64,000 bases of DNA. It comes from Yuukianura sp. NJ FZ-2021. Lineage: Eukaryota. The stretch lies in the NCBI GenBank assembly GCA_046563655.1, contig CM102285.1, positions 8,618,001 to 8,682,000 of the forward strand, read 5' to 3'. The translations under genes and the position numbers were made by a program. Position 1 is the first letter of the stretch, and each line of letters starts with the position of its first letter. The notes under the pieces were generated by a model. It worked only from the letters and a program-made list of their open reading frames with translations. It made no database searches and was not told the DNA's origin. Below are positions 24,650 through 35,634 of the stretch, one piece after another.

Positions 24650-24887
24650 GTTTTCTGAAACATGACAGAAAGTTAGCAAAACTTTCAAGCACAAAGTTAA
24701 AAAAACAATGATCTTAGACACAAAGTCTAAACAAACAAACTTTGAAAATTCATTTCAAAACTCAAAATGAAAACTAATTTTTAAAAAAAAAACACTAAGT
24801 TTTAACGAAAACTTCCACATAGGAAATTCCTAATGATTAAAATTCACTAAGAATTTACAAAAAGTCAAACCTACCAGCCATGTTCCT

Positions 24888-26255
24888 TCACTCAGAAGAA
24901 CAACGGTACCTTATTGGTTTCCGAATGGTTCGGGCTGACCTTCGCACTGGTACTGCAGTTTGCTGGACTTCCTTCTTCTTGGCCTTCTTCACCACAACTG
25001 ACCGACTTGGCTGCTGGACATGGACCATTTTACCAATGTCCCCTTCGTCAGTGGCAGAATCTGAGTCAACGTGGACACTAAGTCTAACGGGACTTTTCAT
25101 TGATTCTGAGGAATTAACATTCCTCTTCTTTCCAGACTGAGTCTGATTCGGAAGTTCTAATTCTGATAGCGACGAGCTAGATGAACTAATCTTTCTAGTG
25201 CGCTTAATTTTCTTAACTTTTGAAGAAACAAATTCTTCATCTGAACTCGAATTGAATTCACTACGAAAGTGAAACAAATCCCTAACATGCACAATAATCG
25301 GCTTCCTACTACTACCAATCAATTTGATTTGGTAATTAACTGCCGATGTTTTCTTAGTCACCACATAGGGACCTTTGGTTTGTGCAAGTAAGCATTGGGA
25401 CAAACCTTTCTTACGTACTGGCACTGAGCGCAGTACCTTATCTCCAATGTTAAAATTAACATTTTCCTTATTCCTGTCAAAACGAACTTTTGACTTTTCA
25501 TGAACTCTCATAGAGTTCAAGGCAGCGCGAAAGCGAGCAGCTTCCAGCTCTCTAGGGAACTCATCCCTACGATCATTTTCAGAGCAACTAGGCAAATCCA
25601 TGTCAAATGGAAGTCTAGCCTCTCGCCCATGCACGAAGTAAAATGGCGAATATTCTGTTGTCTCTTGCCTACTCACATTATAGGCAAATGTTGCCGATGC
25701 TAAACAATCATCCCAGTTGTCCTGACTAGGATTAGCATATTTGGCAATTATTTTCTTCAAGGTCTGATTACATCGCTCGGTCATTCCGTTAGACTGAGGA
25801 TGAAAAGGAGACGTGAACTTGACCTTGAACTTCAGCTCCTCTTTTGCCTGTTTCACTAAGTCGGCAATGAACTGACGACCTTGGTCACAAACAAATTCTT
25901 TCGGCAACGAATGCCTAAGAATTACCTTATCTTTTATATTAGCTACAACGCACTCAGCGGTAGCGTGTGTGACTGCTACGGACTCAAAGTAGTGGGAGAA
26001 GTGATCAATAAATATGAGCGCATATTTATTCTCCCTGTCCTTGGACTTTACAAATGGGCCAATAAAGTCAATGCCCACTCTCTCAAATGGGGTCGTGACC
26101 TCGTCAAAGTCTTGCATAGCCCTCTGCGCACTCTATGTATCTGACAAACTTTGCATCCTAGAACAAATCTACGGACGTCACGATACATTCCGTTCCAGAA
26201 AAAGCGAGATTTCACACAGCTCCATGTTCTCGTCACGCCAAAATGTCCACTTAGG
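24888..26255 (-). CDS. Gypsy integrase (zinc-binding domain separated by a frameshift near 26120)
   Basis: GHFGVTRT...FWNGMYRDV...CKVCQ; PFERVGIDFIGP, DQGRQF and PFHPQSNGMTERCN (D,D,E triad); GPY module. Confidence 0.92.
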
Positions 26256-26921
26256 TCACCTGCGTGTACCGTCTGTTTTTTTACCGGTCTGTTTTACCGG
26301 ATTTTTGTTACAGACCCACTTAGGTTTGTCAGGCTTATCCGGCTTGTCCATTTTTCGCAACTTCTGCAAAAATTCAGTCGGATTTTTCGGTTCTGCGCAG
26401 TACATAATGTTGCGCAGCGTGTCGGGAAGCCCTTTGGTCAACTTTTCGACCTGCTTCTTGTCCGACGTCCGATTGGGATCCAGCATCACAAAGATACTCA
26501 ACTTTTTGCTGACGTACTCCCCAGCGGAGCTACAATCAACAAACTTAGTGGCACTGGCAGCCTTTTTCGCTTCCTTACGAACCGACTCAGGTTCGTAAAA
26601 CGATTTTAATTGTTGTTTCAACAATTCCCACTTCTGATCCTTGTTAGCGTCACTAAGATCGCTAATGTACTTGATCTGCGCAAATTTCCACCAATCCTGT
26701 GCTTCACCTTCCAGAAGCAGATGAAAATTTAGTAACAATAACCTGGAGTCAACTTGCTTTGTCTCCAGCGCAACATCACATCTCACACAAAAAAGGTCTA
26801 CATTCGATTTCCCATCGAATTTAGGAATTGACCTAATGACACTTTTCACATCGCTGGACATGGCAGTCGCAACGTTAGTGCCTTTACTCGAACTGTTACC
26901 AGTTGCCATCACAAAGTGCAA
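26256..26921 (-). CDS. Gypsy gag (capsid-like), C-terminally truncated
   Basis: First ORF after the PBS; IPKFDG...LLEGEAQDWW...WELLKQQL...GLP retrotransposon gag pattern. No zinc knuckle in the retained part. Confidence 0.85.
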   Translation of the reverse strand: MHFVMATGNSSSKGTNVATAMSSDVKSVIRSIPKFDGKSNVDLFCVRCDVALETKQVDSRLLLLNFHLLLEGEAQDWWKFAQIKYISDLSDANKDQKWELLKQQLKSFYEPESVRKEAKKAASATKFVDCSSAGEYVSKKLSIFVMLDPNRTSDKKQVEKLTKGLPDTLRNIMYCAEPKNPTEFLQKLRKMDKPDKPDKPKWVCNKNPVKQTGKKTDGTRR

Positions 26922-27494
26922 CTTCCCTATTGGTACTCAACTGAAATTTTAGCACAATAACCTTACGTGAGTTCCTGAACGTATGCCCCCAATCACGAAG
27001 TTTGAAGACTAGTTCCGTTGCTCGTTCCACCAAATGTTACGGTGCGTTATTCCTCGGACGAATAACCGCACCGGAAAACGCTCGAATCTCCTCCCAGAAC
27101 CTGGAGACTCCTAAAGAAATGACCTCTGACCTCTTGACCTCGTTCGGACCGCGTTTGGTCTTAAAGTCAAATCTTTATTGAAATGTAAAAGACAGCTTTT
27201 ACAAGAAAGTACTGAGCTCACTGAGAGCTAATCAATGAATGATTTCTGAATTCCAGAACAACTCTGGAGCAAACATTTACAGTTAGCGTGTGTGGGTGGA
27301 ACGGCAATTCCAACCCAACACACAAATCAAATACCTAACGGTAAACGCTAATTGGATTAGCCTAAATTCCTACGACTAGGGGGAGACAACAAAACACACA
27401 AACAACTTGGCCTTGAGGGGTCAAAATACTACATTTTACATTTCTAGACTTTGAAAATGTAACTAAAAACTGTGCAAAACCTTACTACATAACA

Positions 27495-28408
27495 ATACGT
27501 TGAGATGATCCAGTGGCTTGCACGCGACTCCCTTCTCCTTCTTCCAACTCCATTGTTGCAGGTTGTTGACCGATTCGATTTGTTGTAAAATTTGCCGGAC
27601 GAATTAATGGGGATGAACTTCCTGTTGTAAATCTTCGCCTGGTAGACGCCATTTGCACCAAAATTGAATGACGTGGTTGCCACTCTTTCAGTGCTCCATT
27701 TGATCCCAATACGAAAAAGACTCCATTAACGACAATCCTATCTCCCATGACCTTGACGACCTTCCCCAGTTGTCTCGCTTTGGCCGCTTCCGCTCTAAGT
27801 TTCTTCCTTTTTGTTTGAATTGAGGCTGGCAGATCTTCATTGATGTAGATTTTCATTTTCTTTTTATGTAACATCGATCCTCTGCTCAGTACAAGATTTC
27901 GGTGATTTTCTGTGCAAAATCTAACTTTGACGACTCTCGGGCGATTTGGTAGTGGCTTTCCAAGTCGGATACATGTGTCTACTGGTACTGTACCCACTTC
28001 TAGTTCCAATGGTCCTTCAAAAAGTCGGTAGATTTCACTTCGCAGATCCGATTCAGTTTCATTCATTTTTTCACTCAAGCCGAAGATGACAAGATTTTGT
28101 TTTCTGGCTAAGATTTCCACACTTTCAAGCGTTTCTTCCACTTTGGATATAATGTCATCAATCCCCTCCTGATGGTTTTCAATTTTAGACACTCTTTCAG
28201 ACATGCACTTTAACTCACTTTTTACTTCTTCAACACTAGCTTGGATTCCACCAATGTCATTTCTAATTCCTTCAATTTCGTGTTTGATGTCACTCAAATT
28301 TGCTTTCATTAAGCGTTCAATTCCCTTCATGGAAACGGGTTCTTCCTCCACTTCCTCTTCTGCCTTCCTCTTCTTGTTTCCATTTTTGGTCATTTTCAAT
28401 ACAAACAA
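27495..28408 (-). CDS. LINE ORF1 (coiled coil plus RRM-type L1-like ORF1)
   Basis: Heptad repeats followed by RKQNLVIFGLSE, RLGK...RPRVVKVRF and IYINEDLP. The natural stop is reconstituted as CGT ATT TAA when the Gypsy insert is removed. Confidence 0.88.
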
Positions 28409-28524
28409 CCAGTCGTTGACAACACACTCTTTACTGTTTTAAAGAGTTTTTTTTCTCCTTATTTTTAGAGAAAAAGGTGCACAACCAAGGTCAGTGACAG
28501 ACAAAAGGGAACTGATCATGATCT

Positions 28525-28920
28525 TTTTTTTATCATGTATGAATTTTTAAAACAATACGTGTCAAAGGTCAAGTGAAACACACGGTTAGGTTAGGTTATT
28601 GCTCGTGTAGTTTGCTCGTGTAACCATTTTCTGCAAAATTCAAAACCGAAAATTTTCCCGATAAAGAAGGCGATGCTCACCAATGAATATACTGGATTTT
28701 TTTTATCATGTGTTAATTTTAAAAAATGTTTGTCAGTGTCAAGTGAAACACAAGATTGGAGCAGCTTCGCTTTAGCATTAATTGGTCATTTCCGGAGTTT
28801 TGTCATCCCATTGCTTCAAGGCAAAATTAGTCATTTCCTAATGAACACTTTCTTAACTATTTTCAGCAAAATTTAAAAACAAAAAACTTTTCCCGCCAAA
28901 TTTGAAAAAAAAATGAAAAA
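28525..28920. repeat. Degenerate ~170-230 bp tandem units; a related unit lies at about 20320-20380
   Basis: tttttttatcatgt...gtcaagtgaaacaca occurs twice; ttttc(a/t)gcaaaatt...tttcccg occurs at about 28626, 28860 and 20324. Confidence 0.7.
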
Positions 28921-29569
28921 ATGCAATGCGTACCAAAAACTTTGCTTAAAAATTACAAAGATTTAACATATGCCATTTCGTTTGACACAGATGAGATTGT
29001 TATGAAGTAACCATTTCCAAAAATCTAGCAAGTAATTCATGCAAATAATCTTTTGTCTCTTTTGTTGCAAATTAGTTAGTTTTGCAAAGACTCATGTTAC
29101 AATCAGTTCTACATTGTATGTCTAACATAGAGTTCATTGCCTTATTAGTCTTTTGTTCAAACTCAAGTCTAAATTTAGAATTGCATATTGTTAACTCGGC
29201 GCGTGTCGAGTCCTTTAGAAATTGCTCGGCCGTGACCTCGATTCTCACTTCAATTCCAAATCTTAAAGTGAACAGAACTCTGCCGGTTTGCAACCGGCAC
29301 GAGTTCAACAACCGTCAAACTTACTTTCTGAATAAAAGTCTATTCAACTCCGCAATTCGCGAGTCAAGTTAGAAATAGGCCTTATTTCAGAACAAGATTA
29401 TAATCTATCCAAATGTCAACTGCACTTTCGTTACTTCGGCACATCCGGTTTACCAACGGTTTATTTTCATTACAACTTGTGAAAGTGTCCAGTTAGAAAA
29501 CGTATTGATCGAGTTAGCACACGAAATAACAATGTAGTTTTTACCAGTAATACAAGAATTGACACTGTC

Positions 29570-30805
29570 AATTCTGTAAGCAACTTTAATCAGTAGACAC
29601 TTCTTAAAACAATTAACAATTGTAGCAGATGCAATTTTGTTCCACGCCTCACAAATCATTTCCACACCGTCAGCAAGGCTAACTTGACTTAAATTTTTGC
29701 CACTATCTAAAGAATTTACGATTTTCTGAGAATATTTAAGCAGTTAATTATACCTGAGTCAAGTGACTGAGTCTTACTTGTAGAATTTGGTGGCAAGAAG
29801 AGCAGTTCAATATTAGAAAATTCTTCTTCCAAAACATGTAAAACATGTCTAAAACATTGCAAATAGAATTTTAAATTTTAATGTTAATTGTAAAAAAGGA
29901 GATACTCAGCCCAATTTTATGTTCTTTAGAAAAACTTACCATTTAAGTCATATGTCTTGGTGGGAACTTTTTCCTAAAAAAAAAGTGCAGACTCGTCGCA
30001 GTTCCAAATTTCGTCTGGCGAGAATTTTGGCAATTTTTTTTCTAAAACAGAATTCCTCCATTCATTTGTTTTGGCGACATCCTCGGAGTTCTCCTCTCCG
30101 CAAATCCTTTTCCTTGTGTAGTTGATTCTGGCAAAAAAAAAACGACGAAGCCACCCTCTAGAAAATGTTTTCGGATCAGACGGGAACAGAAGCTGAGCCT
30201 TGTTTTGGATAAAAACGCCTGAAACTGGAATTCCTCGTTTTCTTAATCCTTCGATCCATTCTAACAACAGTTCATCTTGCGCCAGTACTTTCTCAGAAAC
30301 AATTTTTTTCCGGATCTAAAAAAAACAAAGCAACACAGAATCAAAAAACAACTTGCCAGAGACCTTGGCCTAGTTACAATTCAATTACAACTTAATTCAT
30401 TTTATTTACCTTTGCGTTCCCATTGAAGCTTGTAATTTGGTTTTCTTTTTGGCTTATTTTGCTCCCTGTTGATTTTGTAATTGAATATCGAGCACAGATG
30501 TCTTTTCATGTAGTATTCGTTAATTCCGATAGGATATTACGTTTAGTTTCTAAAGTAATAAAGCACTTCGAATTTGGCATTGTTAAAAAGTAGCCGAACA
30601 AATATTAATTAACTCTAACTTCATTAATAATAATAAGGAACAATGGGACTAAACATGGTTCAGAGCAAGTCAACAAAAGATAAATGTAAACTTTTGGAGT
30701 TGTTGACGAGTTCTCTTCCCGCCATCCCCCCACTTGTTGGAAATACGCGGTATAAGAGGAAGGAGAAAAAGGGATAGCGTGGTTTCCACAAGAGGTCCTA
30801 TACTG
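29570..30805 (-). mobile_element. Degenerate pogo/Tigger (CENP-B-like) transposon
   Basis: WIEGLRKRGIPVSG...FSRGWLRRF (CENP-B HTH), IWNCDESALF, LFLPPNSTSKTQSLDSGI and EAWNKIASATIVNCFKK. TA|CAGTATAGGACCTC terminus at 30805; apparent GT-AG intron at about 30316-30409. Confidence 0.85.
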
Positions 30806-31028
30806 TATTTGTACATATCGTTTTGTTAATCTGTAGTGGGAATACAGGATTGAGAAAATTGTTCTTTGCCTGAGTGATTACAGCTAACAATTACCAATGT
30901 TTGCCTTTACGGAGGTACACGATACAGCAACCAGAAAGTCAAAGAATCAGGATTTAAGAATTACGGGCGTCTGACTCAATACCAAAGAAACTTCAATTCG
31001 GACATACATCAGGTATCAGGTTTACGGG

Positions 31029-32112
31029 TTAGCGTTGAATACGGGTTTGGTAAAATTGTACAACAGTTCGCTTTTCTTGACTACAAGAAAACCCAAAAAC
31101 TCTACCTTCAGCATTTAAGGGCTCAGTATCCTGTTTCGGCTCTTCTTGTAAATTCTCAAACGTGTTTGAGAAGTAATGAAGTTTCGCAGTACTTTGGTTG
31201 CTTGTCACCATCATCATTTGAATTTTTAGTTGTAATAGTGCAGTCAATTCATCCCTCCGTTTGTTTTCCTCTGCCAATCGTTCCGTCACTTTGACCTTAA
31301 CAAGCTCATCTTCCGCAGACAAAACGACGTCTTTTGGTTCCGGTTGCATTGGGTGACGGCGGCTCCTCTATTCAGAACAGCTAAATTGATTAAAAATCGT
31401 TGACTGACTTCGTTTACCGGCTGGTTAACTGCTCAGCTTGTACTTCGTTTTAAGTAGTTGAAATCGGTCCCGAATGGTTCTAACAGTTAATCTTCGTCTT
31501 AAATTTATCGCCCGCAGGTCGGTGAGCACTCCGTTCCATTTGTCCTTTCCTAGTTGGAATGTGTTTTGTTAGGGGTTTGTTGGGTTTTGTTAACCTAACC
31601 TAATGCAACTTTTTAACAGTGGAATATCGTCCTGAATCGTGAAAGCAAACTTCCTTGCCTAAACCAAAGATTTTTAATGTTAAGATAGGCTTGTTACTTA
31701 GTTAACGGTTTTGCGGAACCCTACCTTCCAATTTGAAGGATCGTCTCCAATTTGACCTGCCCGCTTGACCTTTGATATGCTGGACTGCTAAAAAAATAAC
31801 TTAATTGCTCAATGTTTTTGACAAAAAGTTAATCACAAACAAAAACAAATCTGTCTGGCTTTACCAAAAAAAGATAGACAGAAAGTGACTTTCAAATTGC
31901 ACCTCTTACAGATACAAAACATACTTCTAAACGGATTCACACTTTGAACCGAGTGTGATTTGGAATTTAAGATACGTTTACGTCTCCCGTATCTCTTACG
32001 TATCTTTTCGATTTTTACGTTGACATAGTAGATACGTTTACGTATCTCGAGCTCTTCATGTATCTTTTTCGAAAAGATACGTGTTACGTTTACGTTTTCA
32101 AGATACGTGGGC
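31029..32112 (-). mobile_element. Harbinger/PIF-like remnant: decayed Myb/SANT-like ORF plus palindromic subterminal repeats
   Basis: KFAFTIQDDIPLLK...KWNGV...TVRTIRDRFQLL then a coiled-coil tail (31029-31660); clustered AGATACGT/ACGTATCT inverted motifs at 31970-32110. Confidence 0.5.
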
Positions 32113-33541
32113 TGCAGATAACTCTCTAAAACGGCTATTTAACCTTACACTTTTAGAAATGAATGACGCAAAACTTAGTATAAGAATTAAAGTGGCGAAA
32201 GTCACCACAAGTCACCAAAAGTCGGAATTTCCAGCGAGTAGGCCTAATAAAATTCTGGAAGTTAGTCCGCTGAACTGTTATATGATGACGACCGTGACGA
32301 CGAAGCCAAATCTCCAATGCACGTGAGCAGCTGAATGTTATTCGCATGCAAGTTCACCGGCAAAGGAAATTTCCCGTGTGCGTTGTGTTGAAGAGCGCAT
32401 GGAAATCTTGGACAAACGATAAATGCATCTCTCATCATTCCTTGAAGTTCAGCATGGACCTACGAGGGCGTTTTCTCGTTCAGGTGCCAAATTCCCCGTC
32501 AACGTCTTGAACTGGACATCTGCGTTGCGAATTGTTTTTGCTGTAACGTTTTCATTTATATGCCGCATCCTCATCCCAGACCACGTGCTTGGATACACAT
32601 TCCGTTTTGTCGAGATGCACGGTAGTGCATTTGTTAGCCTAATCCTGACTTTTTCCAAAAGTCCTTCCTAGAAAGTTAGAAGGTGTGATGGTGTTTTTAA
32701 AAAAACAATCTTTCGGAATTTTTGAAATTTCCATAAAAAAGGAAAATGCAGAAGGTTGAGGCAGAAACGTTGATCTTTCAGTGACCTTGACCTGACTAAT
32801 GCTCTCTTCCTAAACAAATGACTCAAAGACTGAAAATGACTTGAGAGCTGCAACAGAGAAGATGTTAGCAGGTTGAGGTCTTTAATGAGACTACTTAGGT
32901 ATATCTATGTACAGAGGCTTTTAAAATGACTGTCTCAAGGTCATAGCGATAGCGCTCAGCTTAGGTAACCACCTTTTGGGAGAAAACTCAACTCCTCTTT
33001 TCCCTCCAGGAATTGCGCGGTCTTTTGCTAAACAATGACAGATCCTAAACTTGACAAGTAAAGCAAAGTTTCCAAAAATCAATCACTTTTGAACTACCTT
33101 GTCATTGTTTAAACATTAAATTACTATTAATTACGCCTGAGATTGAACCTAATCGAAGAGCCCAATTGATTCTGAGGGACTGCAATCATCTTAGCTCCGC
33201 TGTTATGGATAACTTTGGCATTAAAAAATACAAGTAATTTCAGTATGAATGAATGGTATAAATTTTAATTTGCTCAAAATAGCCGCAGAGGGCGGCCATT
33301 TTCAGCACTTTAAGAAATAAAAACTTCTAAAAGTAAAGTTTTTACTGAAAAATAAAACTGTTTAGTTAAAATTTTAATATTTCTCCCTTTTGTTATTCCT
33401 TCTTTTTGTGCAAAACTCGCGGGAGAGTAGTAGAGTTTCACAAAACCCAGAAGCGTCACACTCAAATTTCTTGTGACAATAGGCAGTCATTTTAAACACT
33501 TGTGCATTTCCTAGGTTTTGAATCTTGTTTCCCGTGTGTGC

Positions 33542-33836
33542 CTTAACGTCCTGACAGTGGGCCGTTCACGCCCTTGGAGGGTACCCTTAAGGGCTAGAGC
33601 AGGAAACACTTATACCCGAGTTTACAGTACTAAAACACAAGAGCGAAAATTGACTTTTTAATATGCCCTTATTATGGACCTATGAGCCTTTACTTGCTTT
33701 TGTTTAAAAGTATATTTAGAGCTAAGTGAGCCCTTTCTTTTGACACCGAGATGATCTAAGTCGGTTGAGCCGTTTCGGAAATACGTAGGGGGCAAGATTT
33801 CCAAAATGGCGACTTTGCCCCGCATATCTCGACAGA
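33542..33836. repeat. Dispersed repeat copy 3 (inverted relative to 3804-4098)
   Basis: Reverse complement aligns with 3804-4098. Confidence 0.85.
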
Positions 33837-33949
33837 CGTAAACGAAAGGGTTACGATTTTTTGCACACGTTCTTTGTCTTTCTTTCGTTCGTTTCTTATC
33901 TTGTTCTTTCATAATACAATTACTACGTAAAGTTTCATGCATTTTAAAA

Positions 33950-34125
33950 CGGTTTCATGTGATTTGGTCAGAAAGTGAAAAGATCAAAAGTGAAATGGTC
34001 AGAAAAAAAGGTCAGAAAACGAATGAACTTAACCAAACCTAACCTGAGATCTTTTGAATTCTGACCTTCTCACTTCTGATCATTTCACTTCTGACCAAAG
34101 ATTTCTGACCATTTCACCTGCTACG
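33950..34125. mobile_element. Foldback MITE with 8-bp flanking duplication
   Basis: tggtcagaa repeats on the left, ttctgacca repeats on the right, central aacctaacct; TTTTAAAA at 33942-33949 and 34126-34133. Confidence 0.7.
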
Positions 34126-34574
34126 TTTTAAAACATGATGTGTGTGACTTTTTCAAAAATTTACACATTTCGCTTAGAGTTACTCCAAAACGTCTTTTCG
34201 AAGTAGGTCGTATTTGTCTGCATCAAAAATATTATACATTCACATAAAATTATGTATAACTAGGTTAGGTTGTAACTGATTTAATTATAATCATAACTGT
34301 ATAACTTATTTGTTGTAACTGTAAAGCTTCTGAGTAAAGTTTAAAATGTTTTTTCTAATACTCCTACGTAGGCCTAATCTTAGAGCAAACCGTAAGGAAA
34401 CTGGCTTATTGTATACGTTCAACATGGTGAAGTCAACATATAGCTTGTTTTGTTTGATTTCATTTTAAGTTTTATTGAATTAGTAATAATAGTAGTTCTC
34501 TAAACAGGAGGTTAGATTTAAGCATTGGCATTGACTTGCAAACTACACATTGACAGTGCACACAGTGCAAACAT

Positions 34575-35270
34575 CATTTAAAAAAATAAAGTTCAAAAAT
34601 GCCAAAGTCCAAAAACATGATCTAGCGGAGACCCAAAAGTCGGGGAAAATTTTTTTCTTTAATCGATCCGAACAATTCTAATTCTAGATCCAGTATGAAA
34701 TTTTACGTTTCTTTGCTTTACTTTACGTTTTATTGTATAAAAATAAGTTTTAAGTGGGTTTGGGACAAAACTGTGAAACAATTTTTCTTGACAGGAAGAG
34801 CCCCCTTCCCGCTTCCCTTCATTTCCAAAAAAGCTCAAGAACACCAAGTTCCAAAAACATGGAAAGGGGTACCCTTATTTCCACCAAAAAAAAATTATTT
34901 TTTTTTGCGGAAAAGGACTGGAAATGAATCAAAGCGTCTTAAAAAGTGATCAGGAAAAAGTAATAAAATTTTCGAAAAAGTTTGCAAGAAAAAAGCTTTT
35001 TTCCTTGAAAAAAAAAATGGCCATGAAAAAAAATGTTTCGCTGAAACAACGTTTTACAGTGTTCAAATAAGTTTTAACTGCGTTTGGGGCAAAAGTGAAA
35101 AAAAATTCTTGATGGGATGATGGGAAGGGTCCTCCTTCCCTTCATTTTCAAAAAAAAACTCAGAAACACCAAAATCCAAAAACATGTATAGCCTTCCCAC
35201 CAAAAAGAAATTTTTTTCGAAAAACGATTGGAAACTGTTCGAAATGTCATGAAAGGGAAGAAAAAAAATA
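34575..35270. repeat. Degenerate tandem duplication (about 325-bp period)
   Basis: 34741-34950 aligns with 35065-35260 (aaataagttttaa...cttcccttcattt...ccaaaaacatg); a partial third copy lies near 34575-34620. Confidence 0.7.
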
Positions 35271-35634
35271 TTTTCGATAACGTTGAAGAATTTTTAATTA
35301 TTATATTGGCTAAAAAATATTTTTAAGTAAAGCGCTATGGTTGGTTAGGTATTGAAGCTAAGCGGCAATGCGCCTGCTTTTCTTCTGCACAGAAAAGTTA
35401 CTTTCTCTCCTAGAAAAAGCGAGAGACAACAAATGGAAACATCCAGTTGTGAACTGCTCACGGTCTAGACATTTTCACTCGCTTACATTCCAAATCCAAA
35501 CGTGAAAATTAGGTTTACACTAACCTACTTCGACATTTTTTATCTCAGATACTTTGGTTTCGTCTTTCGTGCCATAGTGACACTAGTGCAAGGTCGCCAT
35601 GCGGAGAAAGGTAGGGAATGTGTGAGGAGGCGGC

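Larger units (their letters stand above)
23535..27494 (-). mobile_element. Young non-autonomous Ty3/Gypsy LTR element (3960 bp): gag, integrase and accessory ORF, without PR/RT/RNase H
   Basis: LTRs 23535-23995 and 27035-27494 (TGTTA...TAACA, about 6 differences seen in 460 bp); 4-bp TSD ATAC (23531-23534, 27495-27498); PBS TGGTGGAACG beside the right LTR. Confidence 0.95.
20550..28515 (-). mobile_element. Near full-length non-LTR retrotransposon (CR1/L2/Daphne-type LINE) interrupted by a Gypsy element; ends approximate
   Basis: ORF1 27495-28408 and ORF2 (APE endonuclease plus RT) 20697-23530 are colinear once 23535-27494 is removed. Confidence 0.9.

Noticed and set aside
24050..24658. Several overlapping plus-strand ORFs with STSIPT, HEHSH and NNRSW repeats
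   Set aside because: Antisense and alternative-frame shadows of the 15- and 18-bp repeats in the minus-strand accessory ORF.
28584..28598. TTAGG/CCTAA runs here and elsewhere resembling arthropod telomere repeats
   Set aside because: Only 2-3 units each, typical of repeat-internal aacctaacct motifs rather than telomeric arrays.
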